DNA of 64,000 nt from Phyllobates terribilis. Its lineage: Eukaryota. The notes under the pieces were generated by a model. That model ran no database searches, was not told the DNA's origin, and saw only the letters and a list, made by a program, of their open reading frames with translations. A program made the translations under genes and the position numbers. Each line of letters opens with the position of its first letter. The stretch's first letter is position 1. Shown piece after piece: positions 37,801 to 49,419 of the stretch. The stretch is from contig NW_027362764.1 of the NCBI RefSeq assembly GCF_046119375.1, positions 705,188,001 through 705,252,000 of the forward strand. Direction: 5' to 3'.

Positions 37801-38679
37801 AGCTTAGAAAAGTTGAAAAATTTTGGTGCAGTGTGAGGCTGTGTTTAAAATTTTGAGACTTTTTTTATGGCTTTCTCTTTTCGCCCAGTTCTAGCAAAGT
37901 GGGCAAGCTGGGGCTCAACAGAAGTGTGACAAACCCGGCTCACTAAATTTATGAATGGTTCATGTGTGTATTACATGCTGTTTTTGTGTGTTGCCGCAGT
38001 TTTTTTTTACCTGCGGATTTTTTACAGTTAAGTGTCCCGTTGAGAAAATCTGAACAAGAAATTGACATATTACAGATCTGAAACACACACTGCAGGTCAG
38101 TTTACGCACAGTGGGCAGGAGATTTCTATAAATCCCATGCACTTTGCGGGAACAGTAAGTCGCCGCGTTTTTTTTTTTTTGCTCAGTGAAAATATGCAGC
38201 GTCAAAAAACTAATTCTTGGACCTTACCCTAAAAGTACCCACTGTATATGAAGGTGCTCTGGCTACAGTTGGTGCGTCCTTATATATTCAGATATTGGGT
38301 TTATTTTTCAACCAATCACAGTACAGCTTTTATTTTTAAACAGCACGACTCAGAATGAAAGTCAAACTGTGATTGGTTGCTATGGGCAACCGGGTTTCTT
38401 TTAGACAGCTTTATGACTCAGATGCAGTACATTTATTCCTACACTGAAGGGTGTAAGAGTCACAGAATAAAGGGGGTGATCTCAGGACCTCTAACCTTTC
38501 TTATGGTTTACAGCTTACAACCACATGCTGTAAATAGAAAACTACATAAATATACTTGTAAGCCGCACAGTCTGGATACTGCGGAGGAGGAATAAGCGCA
38601 CACACTTGTTGAATAACGTCCAGTGAATCCTCAAAACCCTTAAAATAAAGTTTGCAGTATAAAACTTAATTCTACCCAC

Positions 38680-38825
38680 AATAAAAATGGCCACCGCGGC
38701 ACTTCCGCCCAAAACAGTGACGTCAGTGAAGAGCGCGCTCTGTACACTGCTCATTTCCGTGTACGTCATAACTTTGCGACCGTCTGCTTGGAGCGCACGT
38801 TGGGCTGTGAGCTCCGCGCTGTCCG
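38680..38825 (+). promoter_or_regulatory. POLR2K: POLR2K CpG promoter and probable non-coding exon 1
   Basis: AAAATGGCC (YY1-like) 38684; CACTTCCGCC (ETS-like) 38700; TGACGTCA 38718-38725; candidate donor CCG|GTACGC at 38826. Confidence 0.65.
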
Positions 38826-38930
38826 GTACGCCGAGCGTTTATGTCGCTTTGTCCCGTGTTTCACGTCTTGTGGTCTGTGTCTCGTCAGTAAGGTGGACGA
38901 CCCTTCTTGTTCTTGTATTGTAGGGTAGAT

Positions 38931-38991
38931 ATGGAGCCCCAGAAGGACGCCCCCCCACCGAAGCAGCAGCCTATGATCTACATATGTGGAG
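38931..38991 (+). CDS. POLR2K: RNA polymerase I/II/III subunit RPABC4, first coding exon
   Basis: MEPQKDAPPPKQQPMIYICG + G|gtgaga; matches the known RPB12 N-terminus. Confidence 0.96.
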
Positions 38992-41455
38992 GTGAGAAGT
39001 GGGGGCTCCTGGGGTCATTTGTTTATAGGATGATGACATCATGTAGCCTGGGACATTAACCCATTCATCACTGAGGACTTTTCATTTTTACACTTCAGTT
39101 TTATCTTTGCTTTTTCCAGAAATTAATTGTACAAAAAAGTGTTTGTTTGTTTTTTTTATTTTATTTTATTTTACATTTTTAGTCCCTGCAGGGGTCTTGT
39201 CCCTTGTTCTCTGTACCGCTATACTTCTCTCTTAGAAATAACAATCGTCATATGAAGCCCAGACTGCGGCTCACCCCATGGTAACACATGGGCATCCTTC
39301 CTTGGGAACAGTCGTGTAATGCGATCTCTCCATTTATGAAGGTTTTACAGTTTCAGAAAACTAGTGTCTCCTGGTTGCTGTTTGGTTTACTCACTTTCTC
39401 CAGGTCCAACACTCTTCTACTGATGACATATTTTCTGCAGCACTGACGTCATGTCAACAGCGCTGCAGCCAATCAATGACTGTGAGCTGCTCATGCTGTC
39501 AATGTTAGAACCTTGCTCTTAGGTTTTTTTTCCTTTGCTGGTCACATGACCTTGTTGGCCTATTTAATCCTGCTCCGCCCTTCTGGCTTTGCTGGACTTC
39601 ATTGTATATCTACTTTCTAGCTAGCCTGTGCTCTGTGTCTTGCTCTGTTAGTTTGCTTGGTCTACTGACCTCCTATGTTCTATATATTTTGTTTGTTCGT
39701 CTGTCTGCTACTATTTATGTTAGGAGGTGTCCCATATTCCTCCCAGTCCTTAGTACTTGTAGGGATTCCTTCCCCACATCTATAGGTCTCCGTACAGACT
39801 AGCTTAGGACTTTAGCAGGTCTGATCGCAGGATCAGGTCCCCTGTTACATCGTAGGGATTAAGCTGAGTTCTATCGTAGGGACAGATCTCCTCTCTTTCC
39901 TTAGCTCTGGTAGCAGAACATAACAGTCAACATGATCAGAGCCGCTGCACTCACTGTCTGGCTGCAGCGCTGTTCAAGTGACGCCAGCACTGCAGGCCAT
40001 AACAGAGACCAGAAGCAACAATGGAGAATCAGAGCTGGACCTGGCAAGGGTGAGTAAAGTGTGTGTGTGTGTGTATATCTATCTATCTATCCCTTTAATT
40101 GCTGCTATCACAGACTGACAAATATTTAAAGGGACTCTGTTGGCACAGAATAACTGTTCAAACCAAGCACAGGTGGTTTGTCTACCCTTGGCATGGTAAG
40201 CATTTATATACACCTTCCCACCTGCTTGTTTTCCCTCAATCTCCACACCCCCTCTTCTTTGACAGCTCTGGTTTCATAGGGGCGGAGATGGTGAGAAAGT
40301 ATAAATGATAAATGATTGGCCCCGCCAAGGGTGGGCAAGAGCACCTGCACTTGGTTTGAACAGTTCTGCTGTCAGAATCCCATTAAGCAGTTAAACATCA
40401 GAGAATTGAGTTAGCTCGGGTCTCTATCATTAGAGGTAAGTGACGGCTGTACAAATTGGCTCCTGAGCCCCTTCTCCATATAACCACACTTGATGTGTCA
40501 TGTACTTTTTTACGCATCAGGAAGGGGCTAAAGATTAAATAAGTGTAGCTATATATATATTTAATGGTTACAAAGGGTTATTACTAGAGATGGGAGAATC
40601 GATTTGCAGGACTCCCGTCCATCGGCCAGTTCAGTAATCTGTGACCGCTGGATGGGAACCCTGCAAATCGCCTCACAGGCTACACGCAAGGGGAGATGAG
40701 GAGATTTGTAGGGCTCACGTTCAGAGGTCACAGATTACTGATCTGGCTGATGGACTGGAGTCCAGCAAATCGTTTCTCCAATCTAGTTATTACCTACCGA
40801 GATCAGTGTGAGGCTTTCTCCAGCAGTCCAATAGTGGGGGTGGGGGGTGCATTTCCTTCTTAACTATTTATATTTCTGACACATTTGAGAGACATGCTCT
40901 TTAAATAGTAGCTACATGAAGCCTATTATTTTTTTATTTTTTTTTATACTATAGATGCAGCATTTAAAGCATCCAAGTTGGTCACACAATATAAATCCAT
41001 GCCGGTTGCATGGATTTATATTGTGTGACTAACTTGTCAAGCACTTTTCCAAGTGATGCTTAAAATCGCTTGGAAAAGTGCTTGAAAAAACTCATACGAA
41101 AACGCATGTAAAAACGCTGAAAAAACACCTCTCTGGCAGAAAAACCGCATGTAAATCTGCATGCATTTTTTTTCTGCCAGAGAGAGGCAAAAACGCTCTG
41201 CATCAAATCTGCTATGTGGGCACATAGTGTCTTTTATCTGTGTGAATGGACCCCTGGACTGAGAGCTCACAGACAGTTGAGTGTGCAGTAAGGTGGATTG
41301 CCGTAGTTTTATTTATTTTTTATTGTTTTTAATACTTATGCCAAAACCAATCCTACATAGATTCCTTTGGCTTGGACTTTGGTTGCACAGTGTACTTGTA
41401 TCTGATTGCTGTCTTATTTTCTTTCTGCTATTTCCTTTTTTCTTTTCTTTATTAG

Positions 41456-41548
41456 AATGTCACACAGAAAATGAAATAAAAGCCAGAGATCCGATCAGAT
41501 GTCGAGAATGTGGCTACAGAATTATGTATAAGAAAAGAACAAAGAGGT
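41456..41548 (+). CDS. POLR2K: POLR2K second coding exon (zinc ribbon)
   Basis: ttag|(E)[31 protein letters not shown]|GTATCCTTTT; 93 nt. Confidence 0.97.
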
Positions 41549-43494
41549 GTATCCTTTTACAATGCAGTTTGGTGTAATAGTTGATGTGTTCCAGGCAGCT
41601 CCTACACCGGTCTGTGCTGCACAGAGTCAGTCGAGTCCACAATTTACAGGCGTGACTCGCCTGATTTTTTTTTTTTTTTTACCGGCATTGATTTTCCCAT
41701 AGGTCATAAAAATCTCAGATGCGTTCTAAGCAATGCAGTCTTGTGCACATTTTTTAAGATCTAATGGGAAAATGTCATAAATATACAATGACAAACGTCA
41801 AGAAAAATATATGTAATATTGGTACGTACTGTACTGCTCTGAGCCAGTCATCTACCATCACAATTTGTCCATTGTTAGGTTTGTACACTCCCCTTTTCAT
41901 TTTTCCTTTTAACACATCAACTTTAAGAACTGACTGTTTACTTGCTGCCTAATATATCCAACCCCCTTACAGGTACCACTGCTACAAAATAACCAGTTAT
42001 TCACTTTTACTGAGGGGTCGTTCACGTGAACGTATTTTCGAGCCAAGTGCTGCCCGTGAATAAAACAGACCTCATTTGGACCAATGTTAATGGGGCAGTG
42101 TAGATAGATGAGCTATATTCTTTTTTTTATTTTCTGACCGAATCTGCATGTGAAATAAAAATAGTTTATTCCATAATCCAGATAAGGATCACCTATTTAA
42201 GTCAATTTTTATTCACCGTTGTAGAATACCTGCCTTTGGTGTTGGCACCATTCTAGCAATGTTGGCAGTGGCTCTCCCGGGGCTTGCGTGATGCTGTTTT
42301 GCCATCCAAGCCCTGCAACCAATCAGCGGCCTGTTTGGATGAAACTGACACCCAGAAGGGAGGACTGAATTGCTACAGATGTCCAGTACATCTGAAAGAA
42401 GCTGGTTTTGCTGCCACTGACTGGCTACAGGGCTTGTGTGGCAAAACAGCATAACGCGAGTCCTGGGAGAGCCTGTGCCCGTCATTGCTGGAATGGCGCC
42501 GACTGCAGAGGTGAATAAAGCTGCTATTACTTTATAATGGAGAATATAGGTTGCCTGAGTATTGGAAACCCCCTGTAATGTTTTTGTGTATCTGTTACAA
42601 TGAGTCAGAAATTGCTCATTGTAACTTATAATCGTAGTGAGTGGGGTTTTATAAATGGAGTGTTATTTTGCTGCTAGTATCACAGTTTTCAACTATGTTC
42701 ACACTGATTTTTTTTTTGTTTGTTTTTTTTGGTCATTAAAAACTATGAGCTTTTCAATTGGAAATGCTTCATTTATGGAAGAGTTTGGTGTTTTTTTCCT
42801 GAAGCGTTCTTCGTAGCCTCTAGATTGGATGGTGCCTAGTTTGGAGAGGTTTCTTTCAGAATCCACTTCAAGGAAGTGATGTGCACTTTTTTATCTTTTC
42901 ACCAGACGTTTTTCAAAACCTCTTTTTTGGTAAAAAAAAAAAAAAAACCTTGAAGTTGTCCACTACTTTTTACACTGATGCCCTCTCAGCAGGGCATCAG
43001 TGTATGATTGGCTGGCACCCCCGCCGATCAGCTGTTATCTGTGCCGCCGGCCGGAAGTCCTCACCTGCGGGGCTCTGCCGTCAAGTGGTAGTGGCCGCTG
43101 CAATCTACTGCACATCTGCCTCCCATTCAATTGACTCGATAACAACTGATCAGCGGGGGTGCCGCGTCCGGGACCCTGGCCGATCATACATTGTAATGTA
43201 AAAGTAGTGGACAACCCCTTTAAACTCATCATATGGTCAACATAGTAGATTTCCCATAGAAATAAATAGGAAAAGTTTTCCAAAGGTTTTTGAGGTGAAT
43301 TTTGAAATTGATTTGATTCCCAAAAAAGTGTGAACATAGCCATAGCTGCAAGACCAGGCGGCTATTAACTTGATTGTAAATTATGCAGCCAAGTAAACCT
43401 CTTACTGCTTGATGCGCGTGGATGTGGCACCGCTACTTGTACCTGTACTTTGTTATGCTTATTGATTTGTTACGTTTCCTTAATGAATTTTCAG
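41549..43494 (+). other. POLR2K: U12-type (minor spliceosome) GT-AG intron, 1946 nt
   Basis: 5' site GTATCCTTT; branch site TTCCTTAAT at 43476-43484, 10 nt before the end of the intron. Confidence 0.92.
42952..43219. mobile_element. T2/Kolobok MITE inside the U12 intron
   Basis: Similar to 14410-14777; right end GGACAACCCCT|TTAA. Confidence 0.8.
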
Positions 43495-43517
43495 TGGTTG
43501 TTTTTGATGCTCGTTAA
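43495..43517 (+). CDS. POLR2K: POLR2K last coding exon (LVVFDAR*); AATAAA at 43645
   Basis: cag|TG GTT GTT TTT GAT GCT CGT TAA; total CDS 177 nt = 58 aa. Confidence 0.96.
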
Positions 43518-43767
43518 AAAATCTCCAACTTCATCTGCCCTGAAAAATTTTCCCCGTGTTTTTTTTTTTTTTTTTTTTTTTCTCTCTCTACTTTTATTGT
43601 TTCGGATGTCATTATGTGAAGTTATAAATTATTACATGCTTTGTAATAAAAAAATTTAAGATGTAAATAACTTTTCAATGTCCATTAATTTATTGACTTA
43701 CTACTACAGCCCTAAGGGAAATCGCTGATCATTATGCATTTTACAGAACATGAAAGAAACATGCCAA

Positions 43768-43932
43768 GAGTCTGTATGTTCTCCCTGTGTTTGTGCGGGG
43801 TTCCTCCTGATTCTCCCACACTCCAAAGACATACTGATAGGGAATGTAGATTGCGAGCCCCAATGGGGACAGTGATGATGATGTCTATAAAGCGTGGTGG
43901 AAGTTAAAGGCTCTCAGTAAGTAGAATAAATA
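43768..43932 (+). mobile_element. 5'-truncated V-SINE-like fragment
   Basis: GTATGTTCTCCCTGTGTTTGTG...CTCCCACACTCCAAAGACAT, recognised from memory as the V-domain core of fish and frog SINEs. Confidence 0.6.
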
Positions 43933-44760
43933 CAATATAAGTCAAATAGAAGGCTAAAACAATGCACGGCATTTTTTGCACGTTTGGCAAGTCATTTCAC
44001 TACAGAAAAAAAGCTAGCGTTTTCATTATTGCTTATTGGAGTTCAAATTGGTGGTGGTGGGGGGGGGTGTTAAGGAAACAACGAAAAAACACTAGCTAAA
44101 GATGCTTCAGGTTTATAAAACGTCAGCTTTTGCTATAAAAAGATGCAGTGTGAGCACGTCCTCCAGGGAGGACAAAAAAACCGCATGTTGGAGATAGAAA
44201 ACAAAAATGGAGAAATTCTTCAGGAACAGCCACTATTGCATCAGCAGCTGATTATAGATGCCATCTGCTGCAGCCTGGAACCTCTGAGCACTTCTACTAG
44301 ACAAGGTAAAATCATCAGTGTCCTTTCAGCTTCCACTTAAATGTAATGATTTTTTTTGTGCATATTAGGCCTGCTTGTCTACCTGCAGTAGCTGAGTGCT
44401 GTTCCCAAATGTGTCCACAGGGTGGCAGCACCTGGCATTAGGTAACATGTAGGTTTTGCTCAGATTGTGCTGCATATTGTATTTCTATTCCTATTGAGAG
44501 AACAGACAGTGTGCATCATTATATCTACTATTTCACCATCACATTTTCTTTGCATTAACCTGTTAGTATCTGATAGGAAGTATGGAGTATATTGCAGAAA
44601 AAAAATGAATGTGACTTAACATACAATGAATGGAGCAGCACTATAAATATGACCACCACTTTCTTTTTAATGGGGATCACAAGATCCCCTTTCCAGTTAT
44701 TGATGGGAGTTCCAGCAATTATAAATTTATCACATATTCTGACCATTTGATGACCATTTA

Positions 44761-45610
44761 GGGTATGTGCACACGATGCAGAAATGCTCAGGATTTTTTC
44801 CTGAGCGTTTCTGCATCTCTCTGGCAGGAAAAAACGCATGCGGATTGTACATGCGGTTTCCTGCCAGGGACATGCGGAAATGAAGCGGTCTTCACTTTCA
44901 TTTCCGCATGCGGGTTGACAAGCGCTTCCCAAGCGATTTTAGCATCACTTGGAAAGTGCTTGTCAACTTTACACTATATAAATCCATGCAACCGGCATGG
45001 ATTTATATAGTGTGTATGTCAAAAAATAAAAAATAAATCTATACTTTACCCTCTGATGGCCCCCGGTGTCCTGCTTCATCGGTCCCGGCTGCCGGCAGTG
45101 AAGACTTTAGGACCTTCCGACGTCAGCGTCACATGACTCTGACGTCAGCGAAGGTCCTTCATTCAACCGTGAAGTGCCCGGGAAGCCAGCAGGACGCAGC
45201 GCGGGCCGTCAGAAGGTGAGAATATATATATTTTTTATTTTATTCTTTTTTTTTTTAATGGTACCTGGGTCTGGATGAGAGTCCTCTCATCCACACCCGG
45301 GTACCATCCGCACATTAGACCACATGAAAAGCGTATCAACATATACAGTGATGCGTAATCCATGCGGTCTAATGCAAGTCAATGGTGGCAAAAGAGCAGC
45401 GTTTCCGCAAAATTAATTGACATGCTGCGGATTTTTGACCGCAGCGTTTACGCTGCGGAAAAATCCGCATCATGGGCACAGCACATGCGGATTTCCATTG
45501 GGGAACATTGCTGCCCTTCTACCATGCGTTTTTCATGCGTTTCCGCGGCGTTTACGCAACTGCAAAAACGCCGCGGAAACGCATGAAAAACGCATCGTGT
45601 GAACTCAGCC
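44761..45610 (+). mobile_element. PIF/Harbinger-like MITE, family A
   Basis: TTA flanks; colinear with 17216-18066. Confidence 0.8.
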
Positions 45611-47385
45611 TTAAAGGGGTTTTCCGGGCTTTACTACAGCTGCATTCGCTCATTACACTATTGCGGTAGCTAGAACAGCTGCAGGGGTGACGAAGTATCC
45701 AGGTGCGATGGTAAGACCTCAGTGTTACTGCAAACTGCTGCGTTCAATGGTGTTTGCAAGTGATTCCAGCCTCAGCCCAGATTCACACGTGTTGAAACAA
45801 AAAAAAAAATCATTCATTTATGGTCTGAGACCATTTTTTCCTATCTGTATCTCACCAAATTATTTCATGAGGAGATTCTTTTATATTCAATCTGTTTTAT
45901 TAAACATCAATTAAGCATTAATCATTTTACATTTTGCAAATCAAGAAAAATATATTGTATTCAATATTGAAGAAAATATAACAAAAAAGAATTATAGAAA
46001 AATGTCCAAAGTTCAAATGGGGTCACTTTTTTCAAATAATTCAAATGGTAGTATATTGAACAATATAATATTTGTAAGGTAGCTGCCTATAAGAGAATCA
46101 TATATGTTGAGGAAAATTATATATTAAATCTGAACAGCCCATATAAGAAGAAAAGAATGGAGAAAGGAGAGAAGAAAAGGCAAAGGGTGAGGTCCTTATA
46201 CCTGTGTGACTAATTATGAACACAATCACATGTATCTGTTGAAACTATTCGAACAGGGTATGAAAATCAGGTGAGTCCTGGAACAGAATCCATCGGCTCC
46301 AAACCCTTCTGAATTTATCATTGGTTCCATTACATTCTACAGACAGCTCTTCTATTCTACATAGATTCACCATTTCCTTGTACCAATATAATATGTTGAG
46401 GGGTTTTTAAGTTTCCAAAACCGTGGAATTACCGTCCGTGCCGCTGTTAAGCAAAATCAACATAAATCCTTCTTTTGTACACCTATTGAGGAAGGGAGGA
46501 TTGGCAGAAGGGCTGTTTGAGGAGACCCCAATACTCTTGTTTCCTGTGATACGTTGGTAATTGTCAAATACCTTCTCCCAAAATGGTTTAATTCTAGAAC
46601 ACTCCCATCATATATGAATCATAGAACCCACTTCACTTTCACATCTCCAACATGTTTCCAAAACTGTAGGGAACATTGCATGTAGTTTAGATGGGTAGTG
46701 ATACCATCGTGTAAGTATTTCTCTTTCCCCATGACGGCACCACGGAGAGAGGGGATCTGCCCTTCAAGGACAGGAAACCTACAGATAAAAAGGGCGGCAC
46801 CTCTCTCCCGCATCAGTTGGTTTCCTGTCCTTGACAGGGACCGGGACCTACGGATGAAATCCTGAAGAAAGAAGATTTTACTTACCAGGCCCGACCAGTC
46901 CGGCTCAGGCAGCGGGGGTTCCCTGCCTCGGCTGGTGCGGTGTCCTGAAGCGCCACAGCTGGGGTCAGCGGGCCTCTAGGGTGGCAGGGAGACGCGAAGC
47001 AAGCCGCGGTCTCCTGTGGCGTCGGGCCCAGGCGGTAAGTATAGAAGGCTCAGGGCTCGGGTTGGCCTGAGCCCTGGGTCAGGATCTGGACCTTTTGCAG
47101 CGCGCGCCCCGCATGCTTGCCGGATAGCGATTCGGCGTTTGGGCGGGTGCGCGCGCTCACCAACGCTCCCCCTCGCGCGCGCGCCGGAAGTGACGCGGCC
47201 GCAGGAGCGGCGAATTCAAACGCGCGCGCGGGAAAGGCCTAACATGGAGGACACAGCGGTGTCCTGGCCAGAGGGGGGCGCTCCCCACAGCGGTGTTGGA
47301 GGGGGAGGGGGCGGTCACCTGCATAGCTTAAATTGTCAGGGAAGCAAAGGGAAAATGCTTCCTGGCATACGTGAAAATCAGCAGT

Positions 47386-48784
47386 ATGAGTGACCAGGAG
47401 CCCCAGGAGGTGCAGTCCCTGCGCCCCCACTCACCATCTCCATCGCCTCAGAGTAAACGCACGAAAGGACCCTCCAGCGGCCCTCCGCGTCAACATAATC
47501 AAGGTGACGGAGGAAGCGGTCGGTCCGGCAGGTCTTCTCAGCATGGCAAAGATTCCGGCACGGCATCAGCCTCGGCGAAAGACCCAGCTACCAGAGCAGG
47601 TTCCTCTTCGAATGCGGGAAGGAAGAGCACGGGGAAGTTTAAAAACAGGGCCTGCGCACTTTGCGCAGCAGATCTACCCACCACATGGCAGAAGAGACTA
47701 TGTAGCTCATGCATCGAGCAAACCATCTGTGAGGAGACCCCTAAGTTTGCTACCGAGCTCAGATCCCTGATAAAATCACAAGTCGAAGATACCTTCAAAT
47801 CCCTCCAAAAGGGGGGGAAGAAGCATAAAAAAAACTAGGCACCTTTCCCCGGAGTCAGAGTCTAGTAAATCAGATGAGGAAGTTGCGGGGTCTGAATCAT
47901 CCTGTTCATCATCTGCTTCCTCATCTTCAGAGGACGGTGGTCGTAACTGTTTCCCTATAGACGGAACAGATAGCTTAATCAAAGCAGTTAGGGCCACCAT
48001 GGGGTTTGTAGACCCTCATCCCAAAAAGTCCATCCAAGACATAATGTTCAGTGGCTTAGGTCAGAAAAGAAAGAGATCCTTCCCTCTTAATGATCAGGTT
48101 CACGACCTGATTAAGAGAGAATGGAAGAAGCCAGAGAGAAAAGGGTTGTTGACCCCAAAAAGGAAATACCCCTTTGAGGACCCTGTATGCTCTTTCTGGA
48201 ATAAAGCGCCAAAAATTGACGTGGTGGTAGCCAAAGCCTCTAAAAAATATTCCCTGCCGTTTGAAGACATGGGGGTACTTAAAGACCCTATGGACAAAAA
48301 AGCGGACTCCTTTCTGAAAGGAGCCTGGGAAGCGGCAGGGGGGGAGTTAAAACCGGCAGTGGCAGCCACTTGCACAGCCAGATCCTTGATAGTTTGGCTG
48401 GACCAGCTGGAATCTCAGCTAAAAGACAAGGCTTCAAGGGAGGATATTATAGGGACCATCCTTGTGATGAAAGGCGCAGCGGCTTTTCTGGCAGACGCCT
48501 CAGCCGACTCCGTCAGACTGGCAGCCAGAGCAGGGAGTTTTTCAAATGCAGCTAGACGGGCCCTATGGCTCAAATGCTGGCCAGGCGACCTCCAAACGAA
48601 ATCCAAACTGTGCTCCATCCCGTGTGAAGGGGAATTTTTGTTCGGACCTACCCTGGATGACATCCTGGATAAAGCCGGGGATGACAAAAAACGATTCCCG
48701 GTCCTCTCCGGTTCATCATTCAGGAAGGGTTTTCGGAGCAAAAATTTCATGCGAAAGAGGCCCTCCAAAGATCAGGACAGGTGA
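47386..48784 (+). pseudogene. DIRS-B gag-like ORF1 with C4 motif (CALC-x11-CSSC); frameshift at an A-run near 47830
   Basis: ORFs 47371-47838 and 47999-48784. Confidence 0.85.
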
Positions 48785-48837
48785 GAAGATAGGAGACAGA
48801 AGAAAGCCAAGGGGGTTTATGTTCAACAGGCCCCTTA

Positions 48838-49419
48838 GTGACAGCAAGAAGCCCGCCCAATGAAACGCAGCCCCAGGTGGGGGGAAGGCTGCTCCATTTC
48901 CTCCCAGCCTGGGAAAAGATTTCAAATGTGGGCTGGATTTTGGGCCTGATAAGATCTGGGCTAAAACTCCAGTTCCTCTCCACTCCCCGAGGAAATTTCA
49001 CAGTAACCCCCGTAAGGTCCTCAGCGGTAGAGCAGTTGGCTCTAGAACAGGAAGTCCTAGACCTAGTGGACAGAGCAGTCCTGCAGGAGGTCCCAGCTCA
49101 GGAAGCAGGCGAGGGGTTTTACTCCCCACTATTCCTCAGGAGAAAACCGGATGGTACACTTAGGACTATCGTGAACCTGAAGAAATTAAACAAGTTTCTA
49201 AATATACAACCTTTCAAGATGGAGTCAATAAAAACGTGTGTGAAATTACTGTTTCCAGGCTGTTTCATGACTGTCTTAGACCTAAAAGACGCCTACTATC
49301 ATGTCCCCATTCACAGGGACTACCAGAAATTCCTGAGGGTAGCCATACCAATAAGGGGCACAATCAGACACTTCCAGTATGGGGCCCTTCCCTTCGGGTT
49401 AGAAAGAAAGAAAATCTAG
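48838..49419 (+). pseudogene. DIRS-B RT N-terminal half; truncated by a deletion of about 510 nt that removes YLDD
   Basis: LDLKDAYYHVPI...ALPFGL then jumps to pre-RNase H sequence; size estimated from the spacing in copy A. Confidence 0.88.

Noticed and set aside
38888-38923. POLR2K intron 1 using donor TCA|GTAAGG at 38888
   Set aside because: The intron would be only 36 nt, too short for vertebrate splicing; the donor at 38826 (98 nt) is more plausible
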